A stretch of 64,000 bases of DNA from Octopus sinensis (lineage: Eukaryota), in the NCBI RefSeq assembly GCF_006345805.1, contig NC_043001.1:100192001-100256000 (forward strand), read 5' to 3'. A program made the translations under genes and the position numbers. Below, one piece after another: positions 37,791 through 50,949 of this stretch (positions are counted from its first letter, which is position 1; every line of letters begins with the position of its first letter). The notes under the pieces were generated by a model. It worked only from the letters and a program-made list of their open reading frames with translations. It was not told the origin of the DNA and made no database searches.

Positions 37791-38043
37791 TATGTTGATT
37801 GTATTTGATGGAAGCCTTTTGCTTTATTATTTTGTTTTGTCTAAATCAGATTTTCTATTTCAACTTTCAAAGTAAGGAATTTAAACAATCATATTTGCTC
37901 GTTTCCTCTTCATCTGGCATGAGAATTGGCCATAAAACATATTTCTCTCCACAGTTTTCTTTAGTATTTCAGGTTTTCGAATGTCACTTGAATTTTAACT
38001 TATTTTTTAAATTTAAACCTTTCTGTGTCTTAAGACAGCGGAA

Positions 38044-38087
<44 letters not shown>

Positions 38088-38166
38088 AATTAGCTTTTGT
38101 TTTGTGTTTGACTGTTTTCTCAAAGAGACAGAGAGGTGGGTTGTTTTGTGTTCTAAATATTACTTT

Positions 38167-40748
38167 AGATCTGTGGATGGAGCAAAGTCCCATCTCGTCC
38201 CAGGGTAACGTGGTGGTGGAACAGTGTTGTAGACAGGGCTATTAGAGACAAGAGACAGGCTTGGAAGGACTGGAGGAAAGGCGGTAGTAGGGAATTGTAT
38301 CAGACTGCGAAAAGAGAAGCTAGGAGACAGGTATATTTAGCTAGAGGGGAAGCAGATAAGAAAAAATTTGCCAATGTTCTGCGCCGTGAGGACCAAAGAC
38401 TTGAGGTGTTTCGTGTTGCAAGACAGTGTGTGAGAGAGAATCGTGATGTGGTAGGAGAGAAATGTGTTCGCATGGATGATGGTTCACTTGCGCTGAATGA
38501 GGATGCAAAGAGAGAGGTTTGGAGATGCCACTATGAAAGGTTGCTCAACAAAGAGAATGAATGGGATAAAGAGAGTCTGCCGAATGTTGACCCAATAGAG
38601 GGACCAGCTATCCGAGTTGACAGTTCCATGGTAGTTAAGGCAATTAGTAGCATGAAGACAGGGAAAGCCCCAGGCCCATCAGGAATTACTGCTGAGATGC
38701 TCAAAATATCTGGCAGTGTCGGCTATAGCCTAGTCACCCATATAGTTAACCAGGTGATACACGAAGGAGTCATACCCAATGACTGGTGTAGTAGCATAAT
38801 AGTCAACTGCTACAAAGGTAAGGGTGACACTCTAGATACAAGTAATTACAGAGGTATCAAGCTGTTGGATCAGGTAATGAAGGTTACGGAAAGCGTCATA
38901 GCCCAACTGATTAGAGAGAGAGTCAACCTAGACGAGATGCAGTTTGGTTTCGTGCCAGGGAAAAGCACCACTGATGCTATATTTCTGGTGAGACAGCTGC
39001 AGGAGAAATACCTAGCGAAAGATAAAACTCTGTACATGGCTTTCGTTGACTTGGAGAAAGCCTTTGACAGGGTCCCCCGTTCCCTTATCTGGTGGTCAAT
39101 GAGGAAACTAGGTATAGATGAATGGTTAGTAAGAGCTGTGCGTGCCATGTACAGGGACGCTGTTAGTAAGGTGAGGGTTGGCAACGAGTACAGCAAAGAA
39201 TTGCGGGTGGAGGTTGGGGTCCACCAAGGCTCAGTCCTCAGCCCCCTCCTATTTATCATAGTCCTCCAGGCAATAACGGAGGAATTCAAGACAGGTAGCC
39301 CCTGGGAGCTCCTCTATGCTGATGACCTTGCTCTAATTGCTGAATCACTATCGGAACTCAAGGAGAAGTTTCAGGTGTGGAAGCAAGGATTAGAATCGAA
39401 GGGCCTTAGAGTCAATCTAGCTAAAACCAAAGTCCTAATAAGTAGGAAGGTAGACAAATTTCAAACGCCATCAGGTAGATGGCCCTGCTCGATCTGTAGA
39501 AAAGGCGTAGGTAGGAACTCTATAAGATGCACCAAGTGTAAGCTATGGACACATAAGAGGTGCAGCAATGTCAAAGGAAGGCTAACTAGGAAAATAGTTT
39601 TTGTATGTGGCAGATGCTCAGGAGCAATAAACACTGAAAGTGCGCAGAGACCATCACATTCCAGGGAGAAAAACTAGAAATAGTTGATAGTTTCCGTTAC
39701 CTAGGTGACCAAGTCAGTAGTGGGGGTGGGTGTGCCGAAAGTGTAACTGCTAGAGTAAGAATAGCCTGGGCAAAGTTCAGAGAGCTCTTACCTCTGCTGG
39801 TGACAAAAGGCCTCTTGCTCAGAGTAAAAGGCAGACTGTATGACGCATGTGTGTGAACAGCCATGCTACATGGCAGTGAAACTTGGGCCGTGACTGCTGA
39901 GGATATGCGTAAGCTTGCAAGAAATGAAGCCAGTATGCTCCGTTGGATGTGTAATGTCAGTGTTCATACCAGACAGAGTGTAAGTGCCTTGAGAGAAAAG
40001 TTGGACCTAAGAAGCATCAGATGTGGTGTGCAAGAGAGGCGTCTATGCTGGTATGGACACGTAGTAAGAATGGATGAAGATAGTTGTGTGAAAAAGTGCC
40101 ACACCCTGGTGGTTGAGGGAACCTGTGGAAGAGGCAGACCCAGGAAAACCTGGGACGAGGTGGTGAAGAACGACCTTCGCTCTTTAGGTCTCACCGAGGA
40201 AATGACCAGAGACCGAGACCTTTGGAAGTATGCTGTGCGTGAGAAGACCCGGCTGGAAAAGTGAGGCCATAACCCATGGCCCCTACCTGGAACGTAGTCA
40301 GTGCATCTATGCATACCTTCCTTCTTGGGACACGTAACTCTACTTGTGAAGACCTGTTGAGGCAAGTGAAAATGGACAAAATCAAAAGCAAGCTCGATGA
40401 ACATTAATGGAATTTGTAGTTTTGTGGTACCAGTGCCGGTGGCACATACGAAAACCATCCGAACGTGGCCGTAGCCAGTACCGTATTGACTGGCCTCCAT
40501 GCCGGTGGCACGTAAAAAACACCATCCAAGCATGGCCGTTCGCCAGCCTTGTCTGGCACCTGTGTCGGTGGCACATAAAATCACCCACTACACTCTCGGA
40601 GTGGTTGGCGTTAGGAAGGGCATCCAGCTGTAGAAACACTGCCAGATCTGACTGGCCTGGTGTAGCCTTCGGGCTTCCCAGACCCCAGTTGAACCGTCCA
40701 ACCCATGCTAGCATGGAAAGCGGACGATGATGATGATGATGATGATGA
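38167..40748 (+). mobile_element. RTE-clade LINE, 5'-truncated (RT domain, PHD-type finger, 3' UTR, (GAT)n tail)
   Basis: TWWWN...KAPGPSG...NYRGIKLL...QFGF...FVDLEKAFDRV...GVHQGSVLSPLLF...LLYADDLAL; frameshift near 39650, TGA at 39854-39856, ORF ends 40264; long 3' UTR. Confidence 0.97.
38190..40264 (+). pseudogene. RTE ORF2 reverse transcriptase, disrupted
   Basis: 460-aa uninterrupted segment 38295-39677 containing YADD; one frameshift and one nonsense codon downstream; endonuclease domain lost by 5' truncation. Confidence 0.93.
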
Positions 40749-41649
40749 AGTTCAGGAATTCATTTTTTTTTTGTTTTCTGGTTGTTTTTCAGGTCTGAGC
40801 ACCAAGACACTTTCCAGTTCTCTAAGTTTGACTGTATTAACTTTGATTTTGTCCAATTAGGGAACTCATAAGGAACTGATGAGGAAGAAGAGAGGAATGG
40901 CCTTGGGTAGCCTTTACAAAGAGAGTTTGCTGAGAGACATTTTTCACATTTTGCCCTGATATAATTAAAATGAAGTAATATGGCATCAAATTTGACATCC
41001 AACAAAGAAGAGAAAAATGAGGAATAAAGTAGAAGAAAGAGGGCGTGAAGAGACTTTCTCTCCTTGAGAAAATGGAAGTGTTGACAATGAGAATTATTAT
41101 TACAAGCATTATCAAAGTAGCAACAATACCAAGCAACAACCACAACAAGAACAATACAGACATCATTGCGAAATCTGCTCCAGTCAGTGGAAAAAACAGT
41201 AACGACACACATAGCTACCATTATTGTCAGTCTTTTTGTCATTGCAAAAAATGAACAGACCAAAGAATAACGAGAAAAGACATTGATTCTTGAGGAAACA
41301 TAAGTAATGGAATAACAAGCAACAGCAAGGTTTACGAAAGTGATTGGAGTCTGGGTAGATTTGGATGTATTGCAGGACCCAGAAAATGAGGGAAATTAGA
41401 AAAAGAATATCACTAAGACCATACCAGAAGAATTTGAAGGGTTCAGATGTATGAGGACAGGAAAATATCTCTGCTTCTCAAAGAACAAAGAAAAGGTAAT
41501 CAAATTCATAAGGGCAAATTTTGAACAGCAGTGTGGCTACTAACCAGACTGGGGATTGAACCTGGTGAACCTGGTGGACAGAGAGGAGGAAGAGAAATTG
41601 AGAAATTGCACATTCATATGTTACACACTCCTGGATTGTTGTTTCTAGT

Positions 41650-42400
41650 ATAAGGTATGAAAAAAATCTGCGAATCAGGGTCAGAAAGAAGAGTGAGGTT
41701 GTAGGTAGGGAATGATGTTAATGCCATAATGTCAGATAATTTGCTCAGAGAGTGGTACTTATCATTACAAATATGAGTAATAAAAAGGTAATTAAAGCAA
41801 GTTAGGCTGCAACTCATTAGCTAGAATAGAAATTCCAATTCTAGTAGCTGTGAAATACGTTGCTGTACCAAAGTTCCAATTAAGAGACTTTAGAGTTGGT
41901 TTAGTTCAAATCCTTTGGTAAATAAAAAGTGGGACAAGGAACAGGAAGGCTGATCTCATCAAGAAATGGGCCGTGAGGTTGGGTGAAGGTGGTGAACCCT
42001 CTCATTATCCCTTTAGACTGTATAGAACCAGATTAGATTGTCTTCTTTCTTGCTTCTTGTGGAAGAAACAGGTTCTGTTATTTACAGGATGCACCTGCTG
42101 CCATTGCTTTTTGTATGGATGCTCAGTATGGAATGGTAATGGTGTGCAGGAAAGTACTGAAGCCACAACATCTGAAGAGATTCCGAGACAGAGAACAGGT
42201 GGGATCATGATTTGGGAAGTAAACCCACCTACAACGCATTTCTTTGGTGGCTGGACAGACAGGATTGCCATGTAATATCTCCACAACAAATGAAATATTT
42301 TTATGCCGAGTATTCCAAGTAGAGTAGCAAACACCCAATCTCCCAACAGTACCATCTTATAGTACGAAACCTTCATCACTGCAATGGGGAATAATTACAG
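41650..42400 (+). mobile_element. Heavily decayed L1/Tx1-like ORF2 pieces
   Basis: RLDCLLSCFLWKKQVLLFTGCTCCH resembles the Tx1/L1 post-RT motif LF.FLWK..VPLV..S.C; a possible APE-start remnant (CHNVR) near 41725. Confidence 0.3.
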
Positions 42401-43875
42401 ATGAAGAAAATTCACAAATGGTTGGTGAAAATATGAAAGAACAAAATGAAAAAATCACAGGAAAGAACCCAACAAAAAGAAAGAAGAAGAATTAAGCTTC
42501 ATAATTCTTTAAAACTCAAAGAAACAGTAGATAAAATTATGCATCTCTGGTGCCAAAGACTTTCTGAAGAAGTTAGAATATAAACAACTTGTAAGAGATA
42601 GTTACTGTGAGACTTGGCATTTTTTCACCTTCAAACTGTGACCCTTGCATATCAAGATGGTTATTTTGTTCTGCTAGAGAAACAGCTGGGACATTAGCTG
42701 AACAATGATTGCTTGATTCTCACTCAGTCTAACAAAATTCTCATTGACAGCAGTGTTATCAGCATTAATTTTGTATATTCCCAATCAGTTTAAATTTAGC
42801 AAAACTATAAAACAAGGGTCTTCCATCCATGACCATCTTACAGACACAACGTTTATAAGTTTACATTACTAAACATGTCCTCATTTGATAAAAATGATAT
42901 GAAGTGATATTAGAAAGATTAAAGTTGAACAAAATCCCATACAAGCTTTCCCATTGGCTCCTATGATCAACCAATGAAAAAGACTGTGCTTTAGAATGAT
43001 ATCAATTACCAAAGTAGTTTTCCTTTTCTTCAAATCTAAAGCTCAGACACTTTTCTTAGAGTTATTGGCAAAACTGTTCATATTTTAACTCTGAGATGTG
43101 TTAAATGTAAGGAATTTCTCTTGGAGAATGATTGAAAGCATTTCCTGGCAATAATGATAAAAAAAAGTTGGCAGAATAACTGCAGTTAAGAATATTAATA
43201 CTTTTAAGTTATTAAAATATATGTCCTTTTAGCAGTGAATGAGGACTTCAACATGTGACAGGAATATTGTGGAGTCATTTAAATTACTAATAGTTTGATA
43301 ATTTTTTAAATTAAACAAGAAGTGATGGAAAGAAAAATAAATTTTGACTCGTTCTAAACATAGAACAGAGTATGAAGAATAAGATATTAATTATTTGGTC
43401 TCATAACCTCAGCTTTAGACCATTTTTTAATATTTACATTTACACAACATTTTGGTAATTTTGAACTCTGATCTAAATTTGAACCAAGAACCTTCATTTA
43501 TGAAATAATGACAACAAAATATGCATCAATGTTATGTTGGATAAGAGAGTTATTTGTCTTAGTTTACAGATAAAGATGAGGTTAAAAGTGAAAACAATTA
43601 ATATTGTGTTAGTAACAACCATTCTTAGCCACATTAACAGTGTGAAGAAGCTTAATACCAGAACCCGTTCAAGTGTGGTGCTTTATTGTTTCTGGGAGTT
43701 TACTGCCCGAGGCTCACCAGTGTCGTAAAAGTGATTGGTACTATTGTCAGAAGCATGTAAAATGTTAATAACAAGAATAAAGAGAGAGAGAGAGAGAGAA
43801 ATAAGTGGGAGGAGGCACTGTATTTTTGTGTTTGAGTGTGTCAGTGAGACAAATGCCATGAACACACACACACAT

Positions 43876-44160
43876 AGGTGCAAGTATGGCTGTGTGGTAA
43901 GAAACTTGCTTCCCAACCTCATGGTTTTGGGTTCAGTCCTCCAGCATGGTACCTTGGGCAAGCGTCTTCTACTTTAGCCTTGGGCCAACCAAAGCCTTAT
44001 GAGTGGATTTGGTAAATGGAAACTGAAAGAAGCTTGTTGTATGTATGTATGTATGTATGTATGTATGTATGTATGTATGTATGTATGTATGTATGTATGT
44101 ACGTATGTATGTGTGTATGTGTGTATGTATGTATGTGCATGTGTATGTGTATGTATGTGT
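43876..44160 (+). mobile_element. SINE family A head plus expanded (TATG)n
   Basis: aggtgcaagtatggctgtgtggtaagaaacttgcttccc...aactgaaagaagcttgttgt(atgt)n. Confidence 0.88.
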
Positions 44161-44512
44161 TGGGTGGGAGACAAAATATGAAATTCACAAGACTTTTTAT
44201 TCACCATGGTTATTTCTACCCATCATGCACTGGACCCCACAACTGTGTGTGGCACAAAGATCCACAAGTGGCACATTGCTCCAGCATTTAAGACATTGTA
44301 AAATCAAAACCAGAAATCAGACCACAGTGCCAAGAACATCCATGCTGTTGATTCAGATGAGGAATTGGTACAGGCTATTGAGACCAGATGCTGAAAGCTC
44401 AAAGTGCCCCTTGCAAGAGCAAAAGAAGAATTGGAGATATTGGACCAGAAAATAGTTCAAAAACTGAATGTCCTCATTGGGAAAACAAGAAGTTATAGGC
44501 TGAAACACTTAC

Positions 44513-44619
44513 CTGAAGAGGGTTTCTTCTCTGAAGACCTTTTGTTGTTCAGCCCTCTTGAGAGTTTCTTATCACATTTTATCAGAGAGTTCGTCTTGTG
44601 TTCTTCTCTTTCAAGATAT
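44513..44619 (-). CDS. Candidate internal exon, unknown protein
   Basis: tttcatatcatattcag|A...TCAG|gtaagt. 107 nt open in only one frame: YLEREEHKTNSLIKCDKKLSRGLNNKRSSEKKPSS, phase 2 to 1. Confidence 0.35.
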
Positions 44620-44707
44620 CTGAATATGATATGAAACAAATTTGACTGCTATGTTTACCATGATAAGCAACCATATACTTTAAAAGAAGATCATAGGAAT
44701 AATGAAA

Positions 44708-45500
44708 CATCATCATCATCACCATCATCGTTTAACGTCTGTTTTCCAGACCAGCATGGGTTGGACGGTTCCACTGGGGTTTGGAAAGCCAGGAGGCTGC
44801 ACCAGGCTCCAGTCTGATCTGGCAGTGTTTCTACAGATGGATGCCCTTCCTAACACCAACCTCTCCAAGAGTGTAGTGGGTGCTTTTTACGTGCCACCGG
44901 CACAGGAGCCAGAGGGGTCTGGAAATGACCACGATCAGATGGTGTTTTTTATGTGCCACTGGCACAGAAGCCAGTCAGGGTCATGCTGGCATTGGCTACG
45001 TTTGGATGGTGCTTTTTACGTGCCACCGGCACAGGGATCGCAACTACAATTTCCATTTGATTTTCATTTTCATGTACTTGACTCAATAGGTCTCCTCAAG
45101 CACAGCAGGTCACCCTATGAGCCAAGGTCCTTTTGAATGGGCTGGGGTTGGTTATGTGACACTGGTGTAGGTTACAGTTGTGAACTCACTTTATTTGTTG
45201 GGTCTTCGCAGTCCCAGCATATCTCCAGAGGTCTCAGTCTTTCGTCATTGCCTCTGTGCGGCCCAACGTTCGAAGGCCATGCTTGACCACCTCATCCCAT
45301 GTCTTCATGGGTATACCTCTACCCCAGATTCCTTCAACTGTTTGGGAGTGGCACTTCTTCACACATCTCTCCTCATCCATCCATGGTACATGACCATACC
45401 AGCACAAATGTCTCTCTTGCATGCCACACCCGATACTTCTTATGTCCAACATTTCTCTCAGGGCACCGACAGTGAAATCAATTGGAACCCAGCACATGGA
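44708..45500 (-). mobile_element. RTE LINE 3' fragment (ORF end plus UTR)
   Basis: ALREMLDIRSIGCGMQERHLCWYGHV...GRGIPMKTWDEVVKH plus UTR core and (atc)n tail. Confidence 0.9.
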
Positions 45501-45704
45501 TGACTGCTATTCTATGAACTTGGCACTGTTATTGGATGATGAAACTGGTGGTTTTGTTTAGTTTTGTTTCTTTGAGTAAAACATGGATAAAAAGTGTTTC
45601 AGCTCTGAGCATTCTATTTTTTGCCCTGTATACCATGTAATGAAACTGAACCCGGAACCATATGGGAATAGCCATGCATATAATCAATACCCACACCTAT
45701 ATCC

Positions 45705-46225
45705 TCCTCCTCCTCCTCCTCATTCATCATTGTTTAACATCCATATTCCATGCATGGGTAGGATGGTTGACAGGAGCTGCCAGGTAGAAAAACTACCCTA
45801 GGCTACTGTGTCTGTTTTGGCAAGGATTTTACAGCTGGATGCCCTTCCTAACACCAACCACTCCATAGAGTGGACTCTGCATTTTTTGTGGCCCAAGCAC
45901 AACTGGATGCCCTTCCTGATGCCAACCACTTTACAGTGTGGACTGGATGCTTTTAATGTGGCACCAGCACTGGCAGGGTAACCAATCAACTCACAAGACA
46001 GGGAATTATGGGAGGGGTAGGGCATTTGAGGAGGGGAATACGTGTCAGAGGATGAAGGGTTAGAGTGTGACAAAGAGACAGACAGACAGACAGAAGCAAG
46101 TGTCTTGCCACAACAGAGGAGCCATTAGAGGAAGTGATCCGGTATCAAATGATGAAAGATTAGAGTGTAACAGGGAAATAGAGAGGCAGGTGTCTTGTTA
46201 TAGAGGAGGTACATGGTTATCCAGT
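45705..46225 (-). mobile_element. RTE-tail variant family
   Basis: Two ggatgcccttcct cores plus an upstream segment shared with 56085-56410. Confidence 0.65.
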
Positions 46226-47424
46226 GTGTGTGTGTGTGTGTCTTGATATTGCATGATGAGTGCCACCACGATGCATGAGGTGTTGTTTATTTGCAATCTT
46301 CTGTGAAAACATTCCCTGCTTTGGGGAAAATATTTCTTTACTTAGAGAACAGGTGAGTTAGTGACAATAATGGTATCTGGCCATAGAAAATTTGAATCTC
46401 TCTGACCTGTGTGAACATGGAAAAGTGGAAAGCACATGATGATGATGATGACGACAGTGATGAAGATGACGACAGTGATGAAGATGAGGATGTTAATCTA
46501 CATTGGACAAAATACACTTGCACTGCATATATAAAAAATACGCACAGGGTTCTGTACAAAAACATAATTATCAGTGAGTGTGTGTTTATATATGTACATA
46601 CTCACTTATAGATCTTCATACACATATGCATCTCTAAACTGAATATAGTTCGATATACTACTGTGAGGAATATGTATGTATATTTGGATCTGAAGAAAGA
46701 AGTGTTTTATACGCCCCCCCCCACATCACCACCACTCGCCAAACATAAAACTAATTACTAAACAACAATTACTACCACTACTGCTAACATCATGAAGCTT
46801 ATTTTCAAATTTTGTCGTCAATTATAGGATAATTTTCCCCTTTATCTTGTTTATCACATTACTTTATTGAAAATCATTCAGTTTAGTTCCATAAACTACA
46901 TTAGTGAACCTATCAACTTTACTTACCTTTTCAGAAGAATTTTTTAATGTATAGGTTTAATACCTGAATCTAAGTCTTTGATCTATGTCAGGTAAAAGCC
47001 TCTTAAAATTTACGGAGACTAAATATTACCACAGGGAAAATTAGTCAGAATTTTGGTTTTAGATATTTATCTTTGATTTATAGCAGTCAGTAAAAGTCAG
47101 TTAATTCATTAGTTTAGTTGCACCATTAAAGGTCTTAATGGTTATTTCCCAGACTTATACCAGACAAAAAGAATGAACCGGTGTATCCTAACTTTGGGTG
47201 AAGAACAGCCATCCAAAAACTTCTAAGTTAGAATGGTAAAACCAATTTCTTCATTTTTTTTGTCATTCATTGTTTCATTCTGCTCTGAATTCTTTGGATT
47301 AGTAAAGCTGGACAGTCAGGACACAATCATCTTTCGGAACTGTTCTTAGTCAGCTCAGCCCAAGCATTTAAAAAACCTTGTAAAATTTGTTGCATTTAAA
47401 TATTTGTACAGAAAACATTTACAA

Positions 47425-48025
47425 GGCATAGACATGGCTGTGTGATAAGAAGTTTGCTTCCCAGCCATCTTCCTCCTCCTCCTCCTCCTCATCCAGCGTT
47501 TTAAATCTGGGTTTTGTCCCCATTAACTGGGGTGGCTGGATCTACCTCAATGCCATAGCAACCACCCTCACACCATCTTGCCGGTTTTGGACGTTCTCCT
47601 TTTTCAACCCAACCCTCCCAATCTCCTTCTCCACCTGTTCTCTCCATATTCAATCCCCCTGCATGGCACTTTGAGCAAGTATCTTCTACTATAGCCTCAG
47701 GCTGACCAAAGCCTTGTGAGTGGATTTGGTAGACAGAAACTGAAAGAAGCCCATTACGTATATATGTATATATTATATATGTTTGTGTGTGTGTGTGTCT
47801 TTGTGTCTGTGTTTGTCCCCCCACTATTGCTTGACTAACAGTGTTGGTGTGTTTACATACCTGTAACTCAGTGGTTCAGCAAAAGAGACTGATAGAAAAA
47901 TAACAAGCTTAACAAAGAAAAAAGTAACAAGAATTAGTAATGGGGTTAATTCGTTTGACTAAGATTCTTCCAGGTGATGCCCTAGCATGGCCATAATTTA
48001 TTGACAAAGAAGAAATAAAAGGTAA
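47425..48025 (+). mobile_element. SINE family A with an inverted ~190-bp LINE 3'-end insertion (~47468-47655) in its head
   Basis: Head ...gtttgcttcccagccat, then an insert whose reverse complement reads ERPKPARWCEG...(gag)n, then ...tgcatggcactttgagcaag and the rest of the SINE. Confidence 0.7.
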
Positions 48026-49309
48026 AGATGCCAGATTTTTGTACAACTTTGATTATTTGAAGGAACAAACAATAATAAATATATTTGACAGAATTTGAAA
48101 TTTGAACAATAAACTTATTAATCATCTTCTTTACTAATCAACTAATCAGTTTCTTTCTTAGATTTTTGCTCATTTTTAATGTTTGGTTGTGGCTGATCCA
48201 GTTTTTGTATAGTTCTCTGATATGTGAAATATATAATCTGAAAATTAATTGCAACCAATATTGGCTTGAAAAACAATGTTACTGTTATAATGGTATTTGA
48301 AATTGTTATTTAGAAAATTGAGAATGTGCCGAAAGACCAGCTGTCCTTGATGTTGTGTTGTCTTTGTTGATAGTTTTCTCCACATAGTTTCATCTATTGA
48401 AGGGTGCCATGCCCCATTAACTCCAATAGCATCATTTTTTAGTTTGCAGCACTGAGTTCAGTTCCTCCAACAAATCTTTGATTGGTCGCCATTCTATCCA
48501 GGAAGAGAGTTGGCCTTCATTGGTTTATTTTTCCATCATTCGGAGATGATCCCTGATCTTATGATCCCCTGTGATAAAGTAAAACCCACCTTAAAAGTGC
48601 ACCTGTACAAATCTTCACACAATTTGCCTTATTTGTTTGATTGATGGTGAATTGATCTTTTTGCCTGATTTCTTACCTGACACTCACAATTCGTGGAGAC
48701 TGAAGACGATGACAGGAAGTGACAGGTGTTGCTTAAAGTAACTGATGAAATGTTGAAGAGGTTAAATTTCATGTCTCACAATTCACTAAACTCTAGAATA
48801 GAAAACTGGATAGAATTGCTACCTGACTTCACCATATTTAACCTGTACTTGCTCGTCATTGCTCTAGTGTCTTATCCCAAGAACATTTCTCAAAAATATC
48901 TAAGAAATCTGTAACTCCGACCACATCAGTTTAAAAAAGGTGGTGAAAGTTAAGATCACAGTCACCTCTTCTTAGGCCTAAATACAAATAGTTAAAACTT
49001 TGAACTAAAAAACAAATCAATAAAATTATCCATGATTTTTTCAAAGCATCATAGATTAGAATCTGATCACTTAAAATATGTTCTCTGATATTTTGCAGTC
49101 TCTTTAAATCATGTGTTTTTACATAATATTTAATGGACCAAAGCGGTATTGGTTTATATAATTGTGTATATTGTAGCTTGATAGTATGATGAGATGATAG
49201 TGACAAATCAAAAGTATCAAATATGTTGATATTATCAACATGAATGATATTTCATAATATGATAGCAAAAACAGAGATGATATAAAATAAGAAAAGTAAT
49301 GTATAAGGG

Positions 49310-49512
49310 AATACACTGTAATAATCCTTTCTGGTATTGGTACAAGACCTGAAATTTTGTGGTAACGAAGCTTGCTGATTATGTTGATTCCATTACTCAA
49401 TTGGTCCATATTTTATCGACCCCGAAAGGATGAAAGGGAAACTCAACCTGAGCAGCAATGGAACTTCAGGTAAGATGCTGCTAAGCATTTAGTCTGGTGT
49501 ACTAACGATTCA
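49310..49512 (-). mobile_element. SINE family B
   Basis: ttttatcgaccccgaaaggatgaaaggg...tgctaagcatttagtctggtgtactaacgattc. Confidence 0.75.
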
Positions 49513-50949
49513 GTCACCTCACTGCCTTAGCACAAAAGGAAATAATATAAAAGAATTAAGAATGCTCATATTAAGGGTGGTGATAGCATAGAAAATCTTT
49601 GAGAAATAAATGGTAAAGTTGAATTCAATGCAATTTCCATATAGAATGTGATATAAAGAAACATAACCTTGTAAATACAGTGATGTATTCTATCTGAGAG
49701 TCTGCCATTTTTAAGACCTCTAAAACTGTGGTGAAGTGTTAAACATTTGAACGTTTTGGATTACCTAGCATATGTTTGAAATAATCAAACTTAATCCATT
49801 CATACATGTTCCTTAATGGATAGTTCTTTGGATTATCTTGCATTTGTAAACAGCACCACTCTATTCATTGTTACCTGTTATTTATAAAATTCTTTTGTCA
49901 ATCTAAAGTTTTTCCCTATCTGTTCTGTATGTATATTAGTTGATATATAACACCTGACCCTTGTTTATTAAGTATATTAACTTCACCATTAGTTGATACA
50001 TATTACCCCACACTATTAAGGCTCAGAAGTAAGTGAATGACATTCATTTTACTTTGAATAACTCAAACAGGTTCTTCATAGAAGCTAGCAGTCATTACGA
50101 TTGGCCACTACAAGAGAACCTCTGACTTAGGACAGTTTTCTTAACAAATCCCACTTTAGCATTTTAAACAAAGAAGAACGCATTTGGATAATGTGAGAAA
50201 CACAATGCCTAAAAGAACCACAGATTGGTCAGGTCACAGCTGTAACACTTTTAATTACATGTCCATTTGACGAAAATCAGAACAAAACTGGGAGTCAGAC
50301 AAGAACAGGTTCACTAAGACACCAGTTATTAACAGCATGGTTCCAATTCCTAATCCTGTGTTCTCAAAGATTGGATTAATGTACACCATTTTTATAGACA
50401 TAAGGTGTTTAGTGTTTTTATACTCGATAGACTTTCCCTAAACTAACGACCAACACAACAGATGTGTGTTATACAAACTTAGCAGAACTGACTTTAGTCA
50501 GAACTGAACTATGGACACGGATCATTAACTCCATTTTTACTACACCATTAACCTGAGCCAGCTGAAAAGAGAAACAAAAAAAAAAAAAACGAAACAGAAA
50601 AAGCACATTAGATATATGTAATTCCTGTTCATAATTCAATATATATGTACATTGATGTATTCATGAAACAATTGATTTGAAGGTTTCCATATGGAAAAGG
50701 ATTCATTAATTAATAAGTAGTTTGATAAGTACAAACTTACTCTAAATGTATGTGCAAACGTATATATATATATATAAAAACATACACATACACAAACTTA
50801 CACACAATTACACACACACACACCCATATGAATACATGCATACTTATATTTACAAACTTTTGATTTTTATATACACATATATATATATATATATGTATGT
50901 ATGTATGTACGTATGTATGTATGTATGTACATATATATCTACTTATCCA

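Noticed and set aside
40850-41600. Purine-rich stretch that might be a third ORF1-like relic
   Set aside because: Could not align it to the two ORF1-only elements; too decayed.
46925-47270. Further minus-strand exon candidates (SVNFKRLLPDIDQRLRF; SFWMAVLHPKLGYTGSFFLS)
   Set aside because: Weak donors (gtatta, gtataa), and the nearby strong gtaagt donor has stops in all frames; cannot be supported.
48330-48540. RPIKDLLEELN...PSIDETM on the minus strand, reminiscent of a piggyBac transposase
   Set aside because: Two short motifs in different frames with stops; too weak to call.
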